Assembly (NCBI GenBank): GCA_000004695.1
Contig: CM000151.3
Coordinates: 8,352,001-8,416,000 of the forward strand
Source: Dictyostelium discoideum
Lineage: Eukaryota
DNA length: 64,000 bases
Direction: 5' to 3'
Part shown: positions 25,925 through 38,718 of the stretch, piece by piece
How positions within the stretch are numbered: the stretch's first letter is position 1
Layout of the letters: the number at the start of each line of letters is the position of its first letter
The notes under the pieces: generated by a model
Databases searched by the model: none
What the model saw: only the letters and a program-made list of their open reading frames with translations
Told to the model about the DNA's origin: nothing
Translations under genes and position numbers: made by a program

Positions 25925-27007
25925 GTTTTGTTTTGTTTTTTTTTTTTTTTTTATAAAGAAAAATAAAAAAATAAATTTATTAATAAAAGGCTCTTTTTGT
26001 TTTTATTTATTTATTTATTTATTTTTTATTTTTGTGTGTAACTTTTTTTTTTTTTTTTTTTTTTTTTTATTTTATTATTAATAAATTAATAATTACCTAA
26101 AAAAAAAAAAAAATAAAAAAAATAAAAATAAAATTTAAATAAAAAAATAAATTATATTAAAATATTTACTTTGTTGTATATATTTCAGAAAGTTTTGTTG
26201 ATTTTTTAATTTAAAAAATATTATCGGGTTTTTAAAATAAATATCTTTTTTTTTATTTTTTTTTATAAAAATAAAAAAAAAAAAAAATAATAAAAATGGG
26301 TGTTATGTAAATGTGTGTTTTTAGTGTGCGTGGGTTTTTTATTTTTTTATTTTTAAATTTAATGATACAAATTCAAATAATTAATAGATTTATTTGATTT
26401 AAGTTTATTTTTAGAATGAAAAATAAATTCTATTAATATGAATGAATTTCACACACAAAAGTGGTATTTTTCCACCAAAAAAAAAATAAAATAAAATAAA
26501 ATAAAAAATGTTATTTGAATGTGATAAAAAGAATGAAAACTATTTTAAAAAAAAAAAAAAAAATAAAAAAAAAAAAAAATAAAAATAAAAATAAAAATAA
26601 AAAATAAAAAAAATAAAAATAAATTTTTAAAAAAATGGGAACAAAAAAAACAAAAATAAAAAAAAATGCACCCAACAACGTTTTTGTTTGAATTAAAATT
26701 TCACAAAATTATTTCTTTTAACCACAAAATTCCAACTGTTTAAAAAAAAAAACTGACATATGAAATTTCATAGGCAAGGCTGAGGAGTGAGGACCTTTTT
26801 ATTTTTGTTACATATAATATAAATAAAGACACAAAGATCAACGAATGGCTATGTTTTTTTTTTTAATTAAATTCAAAGCCAGTTTTTATTTTTTTACAAA
26901 TCAACAACAACAACAAGATTTTAATCAAAATCACCTCCAATATTTTTAACTCTCAACAATAATTTAATAAATGTGTAGTATACTTTTAATTAGTTTAATA
27001 TTTTTTT

Positions 27008-27044
<37 letters not shown>

Positions 27045-27877
27045 AATTAGCAAAACTTTAAGTTTTTTGTTGATTTATTTTTTGTAAATCTAACAAGCGA
27101 GACAAAATAAAAAAAAAAAAAAAATAGTGTTCGTTGGTAAAATAAAATAAAATAAAAAATAATAGAATAAAATGGACCAAGTTTTTAAATTTATTTAGAA
27201 ATAAAATTAGATGGTATTTCAAATATTTTAAAACTTCAAAATTTAATAAAAATAATTTTTTTTTTTTTTTTTTATTTAATATTTTGTTTAATTAAATATT
27301 AAATATTCTATTTAATTTTGTATATTTTCTTGGACTATTTTAAATGGTAGTAAAGTGTTTTTGTTAAAATTCTTATTTTTTTAAATAATTAATGTCTTTA
27401 TTTTTTTTTTCTTTAAATTTATTTATGGTGGATTGTACCTGTGATGATTGAGATATGTCTGTAAGTAACCAACAAGTCATTGCCCATCACTGAACTTTCT
27501 ACTTTACTATTTACACAAAAACACACCAAGGCTGTTTTTATTGGCCACCAGGATAGGAAGCATAGCAAGATCCAACTGATTTGTAAAATTAAAAGTTATT
27601 CAGCCTAATACTATTCATTGATATCACTTATTTGTGGGATTTTGAAAAAAAAAAAAAAAAAAAACAACTTTCAATTTTTTTTTTTTTTTTTTTTTTTTTT
27701 GCCAAATGAAAAACTCGAATGTTTTAAATGTTACAAATTAAAACTTTATCAAGCGAAAGAATATAATATATCTTTTAATAATGGTGATATAGGTGAAGAT
27801 AATATATAATAATAATAATAGTAATAATAATAATAATAAAAATCTAATTTTTTTTTTTTTTTTCTTAAAAAAAACTT

Positions 27878-28741
27878 TTATTTATTTGAAATTTGATTAT
27901 TAAATAAACGTAATAAATTTCTTTCCAACATTGCAATTGTAACTTTACCAATTGTTGGAACTAAAATTGATTTCTCTTGGATTGATTCATCAACATTTAA
28001 ACAACCAGCGAAATTTATAACAATAGTACCATCTTGAATTAGGTCAGAGTTTACTTTATAGTTTGGAGAAGGTACACCCAATATTAGGATATCAGATTTT
28101 GAGATTGCTTCTTCACGTGTAACATTAGTTTCAGACATTTTAATAGTACCATGTCTTTTACCAGACTGAAATATGATGATGCCATTGATATCGATTGAAT
28201 ACACTATCGCACCGTCGTTTGCCAACATTGCAGCCAATGGACGACCCACGATTTCACTACGATTGACGATTGTCACAGTCTTACCTTTTAAATGCTCACC
28301 CATTGCTAATGATTTATCGTAGATTCCTAAATTATCAATTATCTTTACCATTGCCAATGGTGTGCATGGTATGACACATTTCTTGGTAGCGGTTTCGCCA
28401 TCCATGAAACGAATGTTGTGATAGAGATTGAAACGATTTTGGGTTGATAAACCTTCAATATCCTTAGTTGGACTAACAACATCTTGTAAATAAGAATCCA
28501 TCATACCTCCAAATACTGGATAATAAACTAAAATACCATGTACACATGAATCATTATTTGCTTCTATAATTAAATCCTCTAAATCAACTCTTTCAACTCT
28601 TTTCAATATAAATTCAATACCATCTTTTTGACATGCTAATTTTGTCCATTTTGAATAATCAATTGCACCTTGATCATCACTTGTTAAAAATGCAACAACT
28701 CTTTAAAAAAAAAAAAAAAATAGGTTAATTATTTTTAATTT

Positions 28742-28782
<41 letters not shown>

Positions 28783-28938
28783 CAGATTCGTGAAGGTTTT
28801 TTTTTTTAATATTTTAAATTACCTTGGTTTCCAACAATTTTTTGTAATTTGTTGTTTAACTTCCTCCCTAAAAAAGTTTGCAATGGGTGTAACATCAACC
28901 TTTCCTTTTTTATTTTGCATAATTTCTTTATATTCTTC

Positions 28939-28941
<3 letters not shown>
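27878..28941 (-). CDS. NAD-dependent 5,10-methylenetetrahydrofolate dehydrogenase, monofunctional fungal Mtd1-type; 2 exons, complement(join(27878..28700,28823..28941)), about 313 aa
   Basis: Collinear with S. cerevisiae Mtd1 (GILVYYPVFGG...YLQDVV...CTPLAMVKII...VNRSEIVGRPLAAMLANDGAIVYS...TIAMLERNLLRL). Exon 1 (MEEYKEIMQNKK...NCWKP) ends at donor GTAATT (28822). Acceptor ...tttaaag| has the exon starting at 28700. Phase 2. Confidence 0.75.
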
Positions 28942-28969
<28 letters not shown>

Positions 28970-29889
28970 ATTTATATGTACAAGTGCTTGTTTATTTATT
29001 AAAAAAAGATTTTTATTATTTGTAGATAATGAATTATTTTTTTAATGAGGTGGTGTTGGTTTTTTTTTTTTACAATAATGAAAAAAATTAATAAAACACT
29101 AAAAAGTAAAATAAAAAAAAAAAAATGAAATAAAAAAAAAAATAAAATAAAAAAAAAAAAATAAAATAAAAAATGTAAATAGGCGAAATCGGCGGTGTGT
29201 ATTAAAAAAACTAAAAATAAAATTCATTTTTTTTTTTTTTTTTTAAAAATTATGGTTAATGCTTAAACAGATAAAATATAAATCACGAAATCTCTTTTTT
29301 TTTTAATAATTATTATTAGTGTTAAAAATAAAAAAAAAAAAAAAAAAAAAAAAAGTTAGACATATTCTGCCTTTATAAATATACAGAAAAAAATTAATTT
29401 CTTTTAATCATTTTTTATTTATAAATATTTTTATTTTTTATTTTATATTTTATTTTATTTTTTTTTTTCTGGTTTTAGTTTATGATATTACTAATTAATA
29501 TCCAGAATGAAAACCACTTTATCAAATCGAATTTTTAACCCTAAAAAATATTTTTTTATTTTTTTTTTTATTTTTTTTATTTTCCTAATTCTTCTAATCC
29601 TAGTTCTATTAAGATAAAAAAAAAATATCTTAACTGACTTTTTCAAAAAAAAAATAAAAAATTAAAAAAAAATAAAAATAATTATATATTGACATAGTGA
29701 TTTTTCAAATAATTTCATATTTTTTTTTTATTTTTTATTTTTTTTATTTTTTTATTTTTTTTTAATATTAACCCAAATTTTTTTTTTTTTTACAAGTAAT
29801 TAAAAAAAAAAAATATAATTAAAATCTTTTCCCACACATAATCATTACAAATAACAAATAACAAATAATAATAATTTAATTATTAAATT

Positions 29890-31182
29890 ATGATAGAAGA
29901 TAAAGAAAATATTGAAAGAAAAGAGGGTACAGAGGTGAAAACCACTATTGATATAAATATTCAAAGTATAAAAGATGATGAAAATGGTATAAACGCAGCC
30001 ATTGTAACAGAGAGTATAACACAAGAAATTAGTACTGTTTCGCTTCAACAAAATAATTCCGATAATAATAATAAATTATTGAGTAGTAGCGAAAATTCAA
30101 TTAGTCAATTAGAACAATTATTATCAAAAGATGAATTGATAATAAATAATGAAGATAAAACAAATCCATTAATAATAACTACACAATTAGATAATAAAAA
30201 TGAAGTAGAGGAACTAGTAGTAGAAGGAGAGGAAGAAGATAATATAAAACAATTAACAAAGAAAGAAATTCTTGGTGTTTTATTAGTTGATAGTTTTTCA
30301 AATTTTTATATTCAAGATAGTATATTATTCCCACAAAACCAGACGGTAGGTGTTGATGGTGAAATAGAGAAAACTACAACAACAACAGGAATGCCAACAT
30401 TAAGTAATGATATAAATTTAACATCACCAACTTCAATCATTGGAAATGGTTATAAAGATAATGAAGTTACAAGTTTCTTAGTGAATGCTTTTCATTATCT
30501 TTCAATACCAATGACAGTTTTAAATTATCTATTATTAACGAATAAACAATCGATTAGTTCAGCAACTATATCAACATCAACATCAAAACAAATTTCAAAA
30601 GTTTCTTCATTCAGTTCAATTACATCCTTATTACATACACCAACATTAACAAGTTCAACATCAAATAGTAATCTATTAAATATTGTGGATTCTTCAAATT
30701 TTGAAATTACACCAACACCTTTATCACCATTAATATCACCACAGCAAACTACAATTACATCGAGCACCACCACCACCACCACTGCAATGTTAAAACCACA
30801 AAAAAATAAAGAAAATATATTACCAAATAAAGTTGATAAAAATATAATAATGGAATTGGAAATGTTATATGATAATCATTATAATATGGAAATATTTGAA
30901 TATTCTAAAAAAATTTCTCAAGCTCAAAATGATATAGATACAAAGAGTAAACTTTATTTTCAATATCTTTCAGATTTAACAAGGCGTTCACTGGCAATTT
31001 GCCCACCAAAATATTCAGATTTAATTACATCTTCATCACAAAACTCATCAACTTCAAATCAATTTTATATAACTATTCGTGAATCTGTTGAATATTTTTT
31101 AATTCAAAATTTATTTCATCAGTAGGTTATTATTTTTTTTATTATTATTAATTTTTATTATCATTTATTAATTTTTTTATCT

Positions 31183-31231
<49 letters not shown>

Positions 31232-33404
31232 ATTCCAAATTGACTATGATTTGGATTATCAATTTTCAAAAAGAGTTGAATCATTAAAATTTATAGAATT
31301 ATCACATTTAGGTGTAAATAATAATAATAGTAATAATGGTAATAATAGTGGTGGTAGTAGTAATCAATTCAATAAAGAATTATGTCCAACATTATTAAAA
31401 ATAAATGTTTATCAAACACCAATTGATAAACAAAGATGTTTAGCGAGAACATTAGTAAAACTTTTAAAAATTAATGGAGGTGAAGAATTATTATTACCAA
31501 ATTTAGTTTATTTAATACTTTTATCAAACCCACCAAATATTTATTCAAATTATAAATTTTTGGAGAAATTTATTGATCATGAAACTCAAAATCCAATTTA
31601 TGAATATTCTTTCTTACTATTTTCAATGGCAATTCAATTTATTGAAAAGTTAGATCATAATCATCTTTCAATTGATCCATTATATTTTCAATCAAAATTA
31701 TTTGAATATAATCAAAAAAACAATAATAATAATAATAATTTAGCTGCTACAACAACAAATACAACTACAACAACTACAACTACAACAATAGTTAATAATA
31801 TTAATAATTTAGAAATTTCAAATAATAATTTATCAGTTCAATTTTCAAATTTATTAATTAATGAACCAGATTTAAATAATAGTAATAATAATAATGAACA
31901 ATTAAATAATTTTTTAACAGATAATGAAAATAGATTTAAATTATTTAAAGAGAATAATAGAATTCAAACAATGATTGAATTATGTAAAAGTCAAATTACA
32001 GAAAATGAAATTGAAGAGTTATTATTAAAGTTTATATCAATTTCATTGATTAAAGAAAATCCTTCTTATCATTCATTGATTAGATATTCTTTAAAGAGAT
32101 TTTTCATTTATTATTTAGGTATTGAAAAGAATGTTTTCCTTTCAACAGAGATGCATACAATTGGTGCTTTACAAGATGATAATCAAACTAATGGTACTCA
32201 ATTGGATTTATTACCAGATGGTAGTTTAGCAAATAATGCAAATAACAATAGTTCAAATAAAGATAGAGCAATTAAAACTGCAAAGATTGCAGGTGCCGCT
32301 GTAACTGGTGCTGTTTTGGTTGGTATGACTGGTGGTTTAGCTGCACCTTTTATTGGTATGATGTTAAATTTCGTTGGTGCTGGTAGTATTGTTGCTGGTA
32401 TAACGGGTGCAACTGGTTTAAGTAGTGCTACAATGTTATCAGTTATTTTTGGTGCTGCTGGTGCTAAAGTCTCTGCCGGTGCTATGATTTCTGCAACTAG
32501 TGGTATTAAAGATTATCAAATTCATAAGATTAAAAGTCAAACTTCATTACATGCAATCATTGGTGTCTATGGTATTTGTAATGATATGGGTGGTGTTTCA
32601 GATTATTATCAAACCAAATCTGTATGGGATAGAGTCATTAGATCGGTAACCGATGATTATGGTGATATTTTCATTGTTGAATGGGAAAAGGAAGTAATGT
32701 TAAAATTAAAACAATTGGTATCAGAATATCAAGGGACCATCGTTCAAGGAGTTATTAGATCCGCTGCAACCAATATTATCTCTCAATCTTTAGCATCTGC
32801 ATTGGTACCATTATCAGTTTTAAAAGCTGCATCAGTTTTAGATAATCCATGGTCATTATTAAAAGATCGTTCAGAAAAGGCAGGAAAAGTATTGGCTCAA
32901 CAAATTATTGATGGTTATTTTGGAAATAGACCATTGACTTTGGTTTCAACATCAATGGGATCAAGAATGGTTTTCTATGCTTTGGAGGAACTTTATAATC
33001 AGTCTTTAACTAATCCAAAAATCTATTCACTCATTGAATCGGTTGTTTTCATTGGTTCACCAATAACATCGGATCAAAAACGTTGGAGTAAAATTTTAAG
33101 ATTAATAAGTGGCCGTATGGTTAATTGTTATACACCCAATGATTTACTCTTAAAATATGTTTGTCGTTCAATCAATTGTTTATCCGATGGTATTTTACCT
33201 GCTGCTGGTGTTGCACCAATTCATATACCTGGCTCAAGTTTAGTAATTGAAAATGTTGATCTTTCAAATCTTGTTAAAAGTCATTTAGATTATGAAAAAG
33301 AAGAAATACTTTGTAAAATTTTACAACATATTGATATTAATAATATTAAATATTGTTTACCAAAAATTTCACCATTATATAGTGGTAAGGTTTATGATAT
33401 TTAA
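29890..33404 (+). CDS. DUF726/TMCO4-family membrane protein with a long low-complexity N-terminal region; proposed 2 exons, join(29890..31121,31229..33404), about 1136 aa
   Basis: The downstream ORF carries the DUF726 hallmarks: a Gly-zipper TM cluster (AGAAVTGAVLVGMTGGLAAPFIGMMLNFVGAG...) and an abhydrolase-like core (LVSTSMGSRMVFYALEEL...VVFIGSPI). It has no in-frame ATG before residue about 125; the track start is TTG. The upstream ORF ends at a GTAGGT donor (31122) in the correct phase for the aaaaag| acceptor (31228), giving ...NLFH-H-LFQIDYDLDYQFSK... Confidence 0.55.
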
Positions 33405-33797
33405 AATTAAAAAATAAAATTAAAATTATTATTATTTAAAAATGTTTTTTTTTTTTTTTTTTTTTAAAAAAAAGAATAAAGAAATAATAAAATAATCTTT
33501 TTTTAAATAATCACTTTATTTTAAATTCTTATTAATTCAAATAAATTATATTGTCTACAATAACATATTTTTATCTTTTTTGTTATTTTTTTTTTTTTTA
33601 ATCAAAAATCTTTAAAATATAATAATATTGGAATCTATTTGAAAATCAGTTTGTTTTAGTAATTTTTTAAATAAAAAAATTTGATATTAAAATGAATTCA
33701 TTGTAATTTTTAGAATTTATTTATATATATTTTTAAAAAAAAAAAAATAAAAGAAAAAAATTTTATATATTTATATTATTTGTATTTTGTTTTTTTT

Positions 33798-35691
33798 TTA
33801 AAAATTTAAAGAATTAATTAAATCATCGCTTGTATGATTTGGAATTGTAACTTTTAAAGATGGATCTAATTCCATTGCTCTTTTAATTGTATTTTCAGCG
33901 TTATCATTATATGACCAAGAACGACGAGCAATACCATTATTAACATCCCAATTTAACATCATTCTAGCTTTTTCTTCTTGTAATTTACTACCACATAAAT
34001 AGAGACCAAAACCACCATTGATAGCTTCACCAAAACCTGTACCACCACCATTATGAATGGCAACCCAAGTTGCACCTCTAAATGAATCACCAATAACATT
34101 ATGAATAGCCATATCAGCACAAAATTGGGAACCATCTTTAATGTTTGAAGTTTCTCTCCATGGTGCATCAGTACCAGAGACATCATGATGATCTCTACTA
34201 ATTACGACTGGAGCTGATAATGTACCATCGGCAACAGCTTTATTGAAAGCAACTGCTAATTCTGAACGACCAATACAATCACTATAAAGGATACGAGCTT
34301 GTGAACCAACAACTAATTTATGTTCACCTGCTTGACTAATCCAAAGATGATTATCATTAAATTGTTGTTGAACATTCTTTGGTACACCTGGTTGAGATCT
34401 TAATTTTTCAATTAATTCTTTGGCGATACGATCGGTGATTTCTAAATCCTTTGGATTGCCACTGGTACAAACCCAACGGAATGGACCAAAACCCAATGAA
34501 AATATATCACCCATAATATCTTGTACATAGGATGGATAAATGAATTCTTTACCATCTGTGCCTGGTTTAATAATGTCAGCTTTTGCTCTTGATGCCTCTA
34601 ATAGGAAAGAGTTACCATAATCCCAGAATTTCATACCACGTGCAGAGAGTGCATTGATTGCAGTGGTATGTCTTCTAAGGGTTTCTTGTACCATCTCTTT
34701 GAATTTAGTAGGTTCTTGAACCATGAGACGATTTGATTCTTCAAACGAACATTGTACTGGATAATAACCACCATTGAATGGATTGTGTAATGAAGTTTGA
34801 TCTGAACCTAAATCCACAGTAATATCTTTCTCTTCTACTAATTTTTCCCAAAGTGTAACGACATTACCTTGATAAGCTATTGAAAGTGGTTTCTTTTCTT
34901 TACTGCAACTCTAACCCCGAGCAAATAATTCATTTAAATCTGAATATACCTCCATAACCCAATTTTGAGCGTGTCTCTTTTTAACTGCAGCTGGACTAAC
35001 CTCTGCAACAATACAAATTGCACCACAGATGTAGGCAGCTTTAGTTTGAGCACCACTCATACCACCCAAACCTGATGAAACAAATACTTTACCAATGAGT
35101 GATTCAACACCTAAATATTTTCTACCAGCATTTAATAGAGTGATGGTTGTACCATGTACAATACCTTGTGGACCAATGTAACAATAGCTTCCAGCAGTCA
35201 TTTGACCGTATTGTGTAACACCTTGTGCATACATACGTTCATAATCTTTATGGGAGGAATAATTTGGAATCACCATACCATTGGTAACGATAACACGTGG
35301 TGAACTTTCATTTGATGGGAATAAACCCATTGGATGACCACTATACATTGTTAGGGTTTGTTGATCTGTCATCTCTGAAAGATATTTCATGGTTAAATGA
35401 TATTGTGCCCAATTTTGAAAAACACTACCATTACCACCATAGGTTACCAATTCATTTGGAAATTGTGCAACCTCTCTATCTAAATTATTCATAATCATTA
35501 ACATAATCGATGCTGCTTGTCTTGATTTTGCTGGATATTCTTCAATTGGATATGCTTTCATCTCATAATGAGTTGGTCTAAATCTATACATATAAATATG
35601 TCCATATTTATTTAATTCTTCTAAAAATTCATTTGCTAAAATTGAATGTAATGAATTTGGGAAATATCTTAATGAATTTTTAATTGCTAAC

Positions 35692-35722
<31 letters not shown>

Positions 35723-35972
35723 AGATAAATAATAATAATAATAATAACAAATTTAAAAATAAAATAAAAAAAATTAAAAATTAAAAAGCGTGTTAGTTTT
35801 TTAAAATTTTAAATATTTAATAAAAGATATTTTAAATTTTTACCTTTTTTTCGTTTAATGTTAAATTAATTGGACGACCTGGAGCATGTGGTACAGTTGA
35901 ATCTAATCCTGGGTGCTCTGGTAATGGCTCAAAAGGAATACCTTTTGATAATGATGATAATAAATCTTTCAT
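33798..35972 (-). CDS. Urocanate hydratase (urocanase, histidine catabolism); complement(join(33798..35690,35844..35972)); contains an in-frame TAG at 34911-34913
   Basis: Exon 1 (MKDLLSSLSKGIPFEPLPEHPGLDSTVPHAPGRPINLTLNEKK) has donor GTAAAA at 35843 and acceptor at 35691. Exon 2 is collinear with bacterial HutU/human UROC1 (GHIYMYRFRP..., GGNGSVFQNW, QMTAGSYCYIGPQGIVHGT, GLGGMSGAQ, GTDAPWRETS, VAIHNGGGTGFGEA) apart from one amber codon at a residue position that is occupied in orthologues. Confidence 0.8.
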
Positions 35973-36209
35973 TCTTAATTAACTATGTTTAATATTTCAA
36001 ATAATGCTTGGTATCGAAAAAAGAAAAAAAAAAAAAAAAAAATGAATGATTTTTATGAAATTTCCAAACGAAAAAAAAAATAAAAAAAAAAAAAAAATAT
36101 AAAAAAAATTAATTATTTTTATTTTTCTTTATAAAAAATAATTTTAAAATAATTTTAAAATAATATTAAAACTAACCCCAAACACACATTTTATTATGTC
36201 GTTTGAATA

Positions 36210-36248
<39 letters not shown>

Positions 36249-36781
36249 CATGAAATATAAAAAAAAATAATTATTTTTAAATAAAAAAAAAATAAAAAAA
36301 AAATAATATTTTTGTTGACGAAATTAATTTAATACTAATTATAATTTTATTTGTTTTTAAGAGTATAAAATAAACCTATACCAATAATTAAAAAAATTAA
36401 ATATTTTGGTAATTTCGATTGGATATAGTAAATAAAAATATTAAAATAAAAATTAATTTAAATTTTGGTGGTTTCAAAATTTTATTTTAAATAATATTTT
36501 AAATAATATTTTAATAAAATTGTTTTAAAAATTAAAAAATTAAAATTAATTTGGGGCATTAAATAATATGAATTTGGCAAGAATTGAACGCTTGACCAGT
36601 TTATAGTTATGAGCAATTCTCAATAAAGAAATATTGAAAAAATTTTGTATTCATTTAATTATTTTTAAACTAATCAAAATTATTTAGTTAAATTATTGAA
36701 ATCCAATTCAAAAAAAAGTTAAATTATTGAAATTAAAATATAATAAATAAAGAAAATAATGGATTAATTTTCAATTAAAAT

Positions 36782-36817
<36 letters not shown>

Positions 36818-37167
36818 CGTGATAATTCAATGGAAAAATCAATTCACATTCAGGTTTTCTTTGTTTAGGAATATCAAAAATAAAAAAAAAAAACAAAAAA
36901 AATCGTTAGACAATTATTTTAATTTTTTTAAAATATAGATTTAAAAGCTGTTGTTGATATTTAGATTTTTTTTCTTTTATTTTTCACATTATTAAAAATT
37001 TAATAGAAAAAAAATATTAGGATATTTTCTACTTTTTTTTTTTCTAACAGAATTTTCTGCTCATATGTTTCAGTATCGGGTGAAAATCAAAAAGAATTTA
37101 AAATAAAAAAAATAGATTTTATTTTTGCGAGCTGTTAAACAATTCCCACTTTTTGTTATATGTTATG

Positions 37168-37204
<37 letters not shown>

Positions 37205-37300
37205 CGGTTGGCTGATTTTTTTTTTTTTTTTTTTTTTTTAATAATTTTATAATTTTATAATTTTAATCATTTCTGAAATATTAAATAAATAAAAAATAAA

Positions 37301-38209
37301 ATGAGATTAAGCGGTATTCTTTTATTATTATCAGCATTTGCAGGTATTATCAACTCACAATATGTTTTAGTTGAAGAGTTCCAATACCAAGGTGGCAGTT
37401 GCTCTGGTTCACAATCATCAATTGATTCACAATCATCATTCGATTCACAATCATCATGGGGTTCACAATCATCATGGGGTTCACAATCATCATGGGGTTC
37501 ACAATCATCATGGGCCTCACAATCATCATGGGGTTCATCAGATTCATCAAACTTTTTAACAGCATCTGAATCATCAGGTGAAGCATGTCCATCTTCTTCA
37601 ATTGGTGGTAATATCGTTCAAGAAGGTGTTTGCTTCTATTATGCTGATAGATTACCATCAATTTATACCGTCTCTGGTGATAACATTGTTCAAACATTTT
37701 ATAATCAAACTGATTATAATTGTGAAGGTAATTTTTTTTTTTTTTTTTTTTTTTCTCTTCATTAAACTTTAAACTAATATTTATTTTTATTTTTATTTAT
37801 TTATTATTTTAAAATAGGTAAACCAATTGATACTGTTACCGCAGTTAGTGGTGACTGTTACTCTGCATGTAACCAAGGTACTGGTATTACATTCCAATTA
37901 TCAGCAGTTGCAACTCCAGTTATTCCAACTACCAATACAATTGTAGAAGCTGTTTACACTGGTGAATGTAATGGTAATTATAAGAATTCATTCGTTTCAG
38001 TCTATTACAAATCATTAAATACTTGTAATGATAATGTTGTTGCACAACAAGGTACCTTTTCATTTGAAATCTCTTGTAACTCAACTTCATCAGCTGTTAC
38101 TATCTTTGGAAATGATGACTGTGGTGGTAGCCCAGTTTACTCTTTACACGAACCAATGGTCAACCAATGTGGTGATCAATATAATGTCATTGAAGTTTGT
38201 TACAATTAA
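37301..38209 (+). CDS. Secreted Cys-rich glycoprotein with (SQSSWG)n repeats, possibly ponticulin-like; 2 exons, join(37301..37727,37818..38209)
   Basis: Signal peptide; a Ser-rich repeat SQSSWGSQSSWG...; donor GTAATT after tgt gaa g (phase 1); acceptor aaaatag|; exon 2 is a 130-codon Cys-rich domain (CYSACNQGTG...CNGNY...CNDN...CNSTS...CGGSP...CGDQYNVIEVCYN). Confidence 0.6.
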
Positions 38210-38718
38210 ATTATTGTAAAATTAATCTAAAAAATTTCAATCAAATAAAATTAATATTTAATTTATTTTATTAAACTAAATTATTATTATTATTATTTTT
38301 AATTTTTTTTTTTTTATAAAATGGTAAAACTGGAAAATTTTGGAAAAACAATTTTTTATAAAATGGTGTTTCAAACTCTACATGTAATTCATTATTAAGT
38401 AAAATCAATGTTTTTTGTATGAAATCTGTGTCATAAATAAAAATAAAAAAAAAAAGTTCAAAAAAAAAAATAAAAAAGTTGATTTTTTTTTTTTTTTTTC
38501 ATTTGATAAAATTTATTGATCACGCATAAAAGAAATGTTTTGTGTAAGAAATATATTAGATTTTTTTTTTTTTTTTGATATTTTTTCTATTAACAAAATA
38601 AAATAAAAAATATCTTTTTTTTGAAGATATTTTATGAAACACAATACTCTTTCACAATATTTTTTTTTATTTTTTTCTTTCTTTTTTAATTTACATACAC
38701 ATGCACTAAATTTTGAAA

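Noticed and set aside
29832-29845. TCCCACACATAA as a DUSE (ncRNA upstream element)
   Set aside because: It matches the (A/T)CCCA(C/T)AA consensus only approximately and sits 45 bp upstream of a protein-coding ATG, not a small RNA gene.
31246-31253. ATG at 31246 or TTG at 31251 as the start of the DUF726 gene
   Set aside because: ATG at 31246 is out of frame and TTG is not an accepted eukaryotic initiator. The in-frame splice from the upstream ORF resolves it.
37350-37697. 115-aa minus-strand ORF and plus ORF 37371..37559 (HNHH repeats)
   Set aside because: Antisense and alternative frames of the SQSSWG repeat. The sense frame has a signal peptide and a conserved Cys-rich exon 2.
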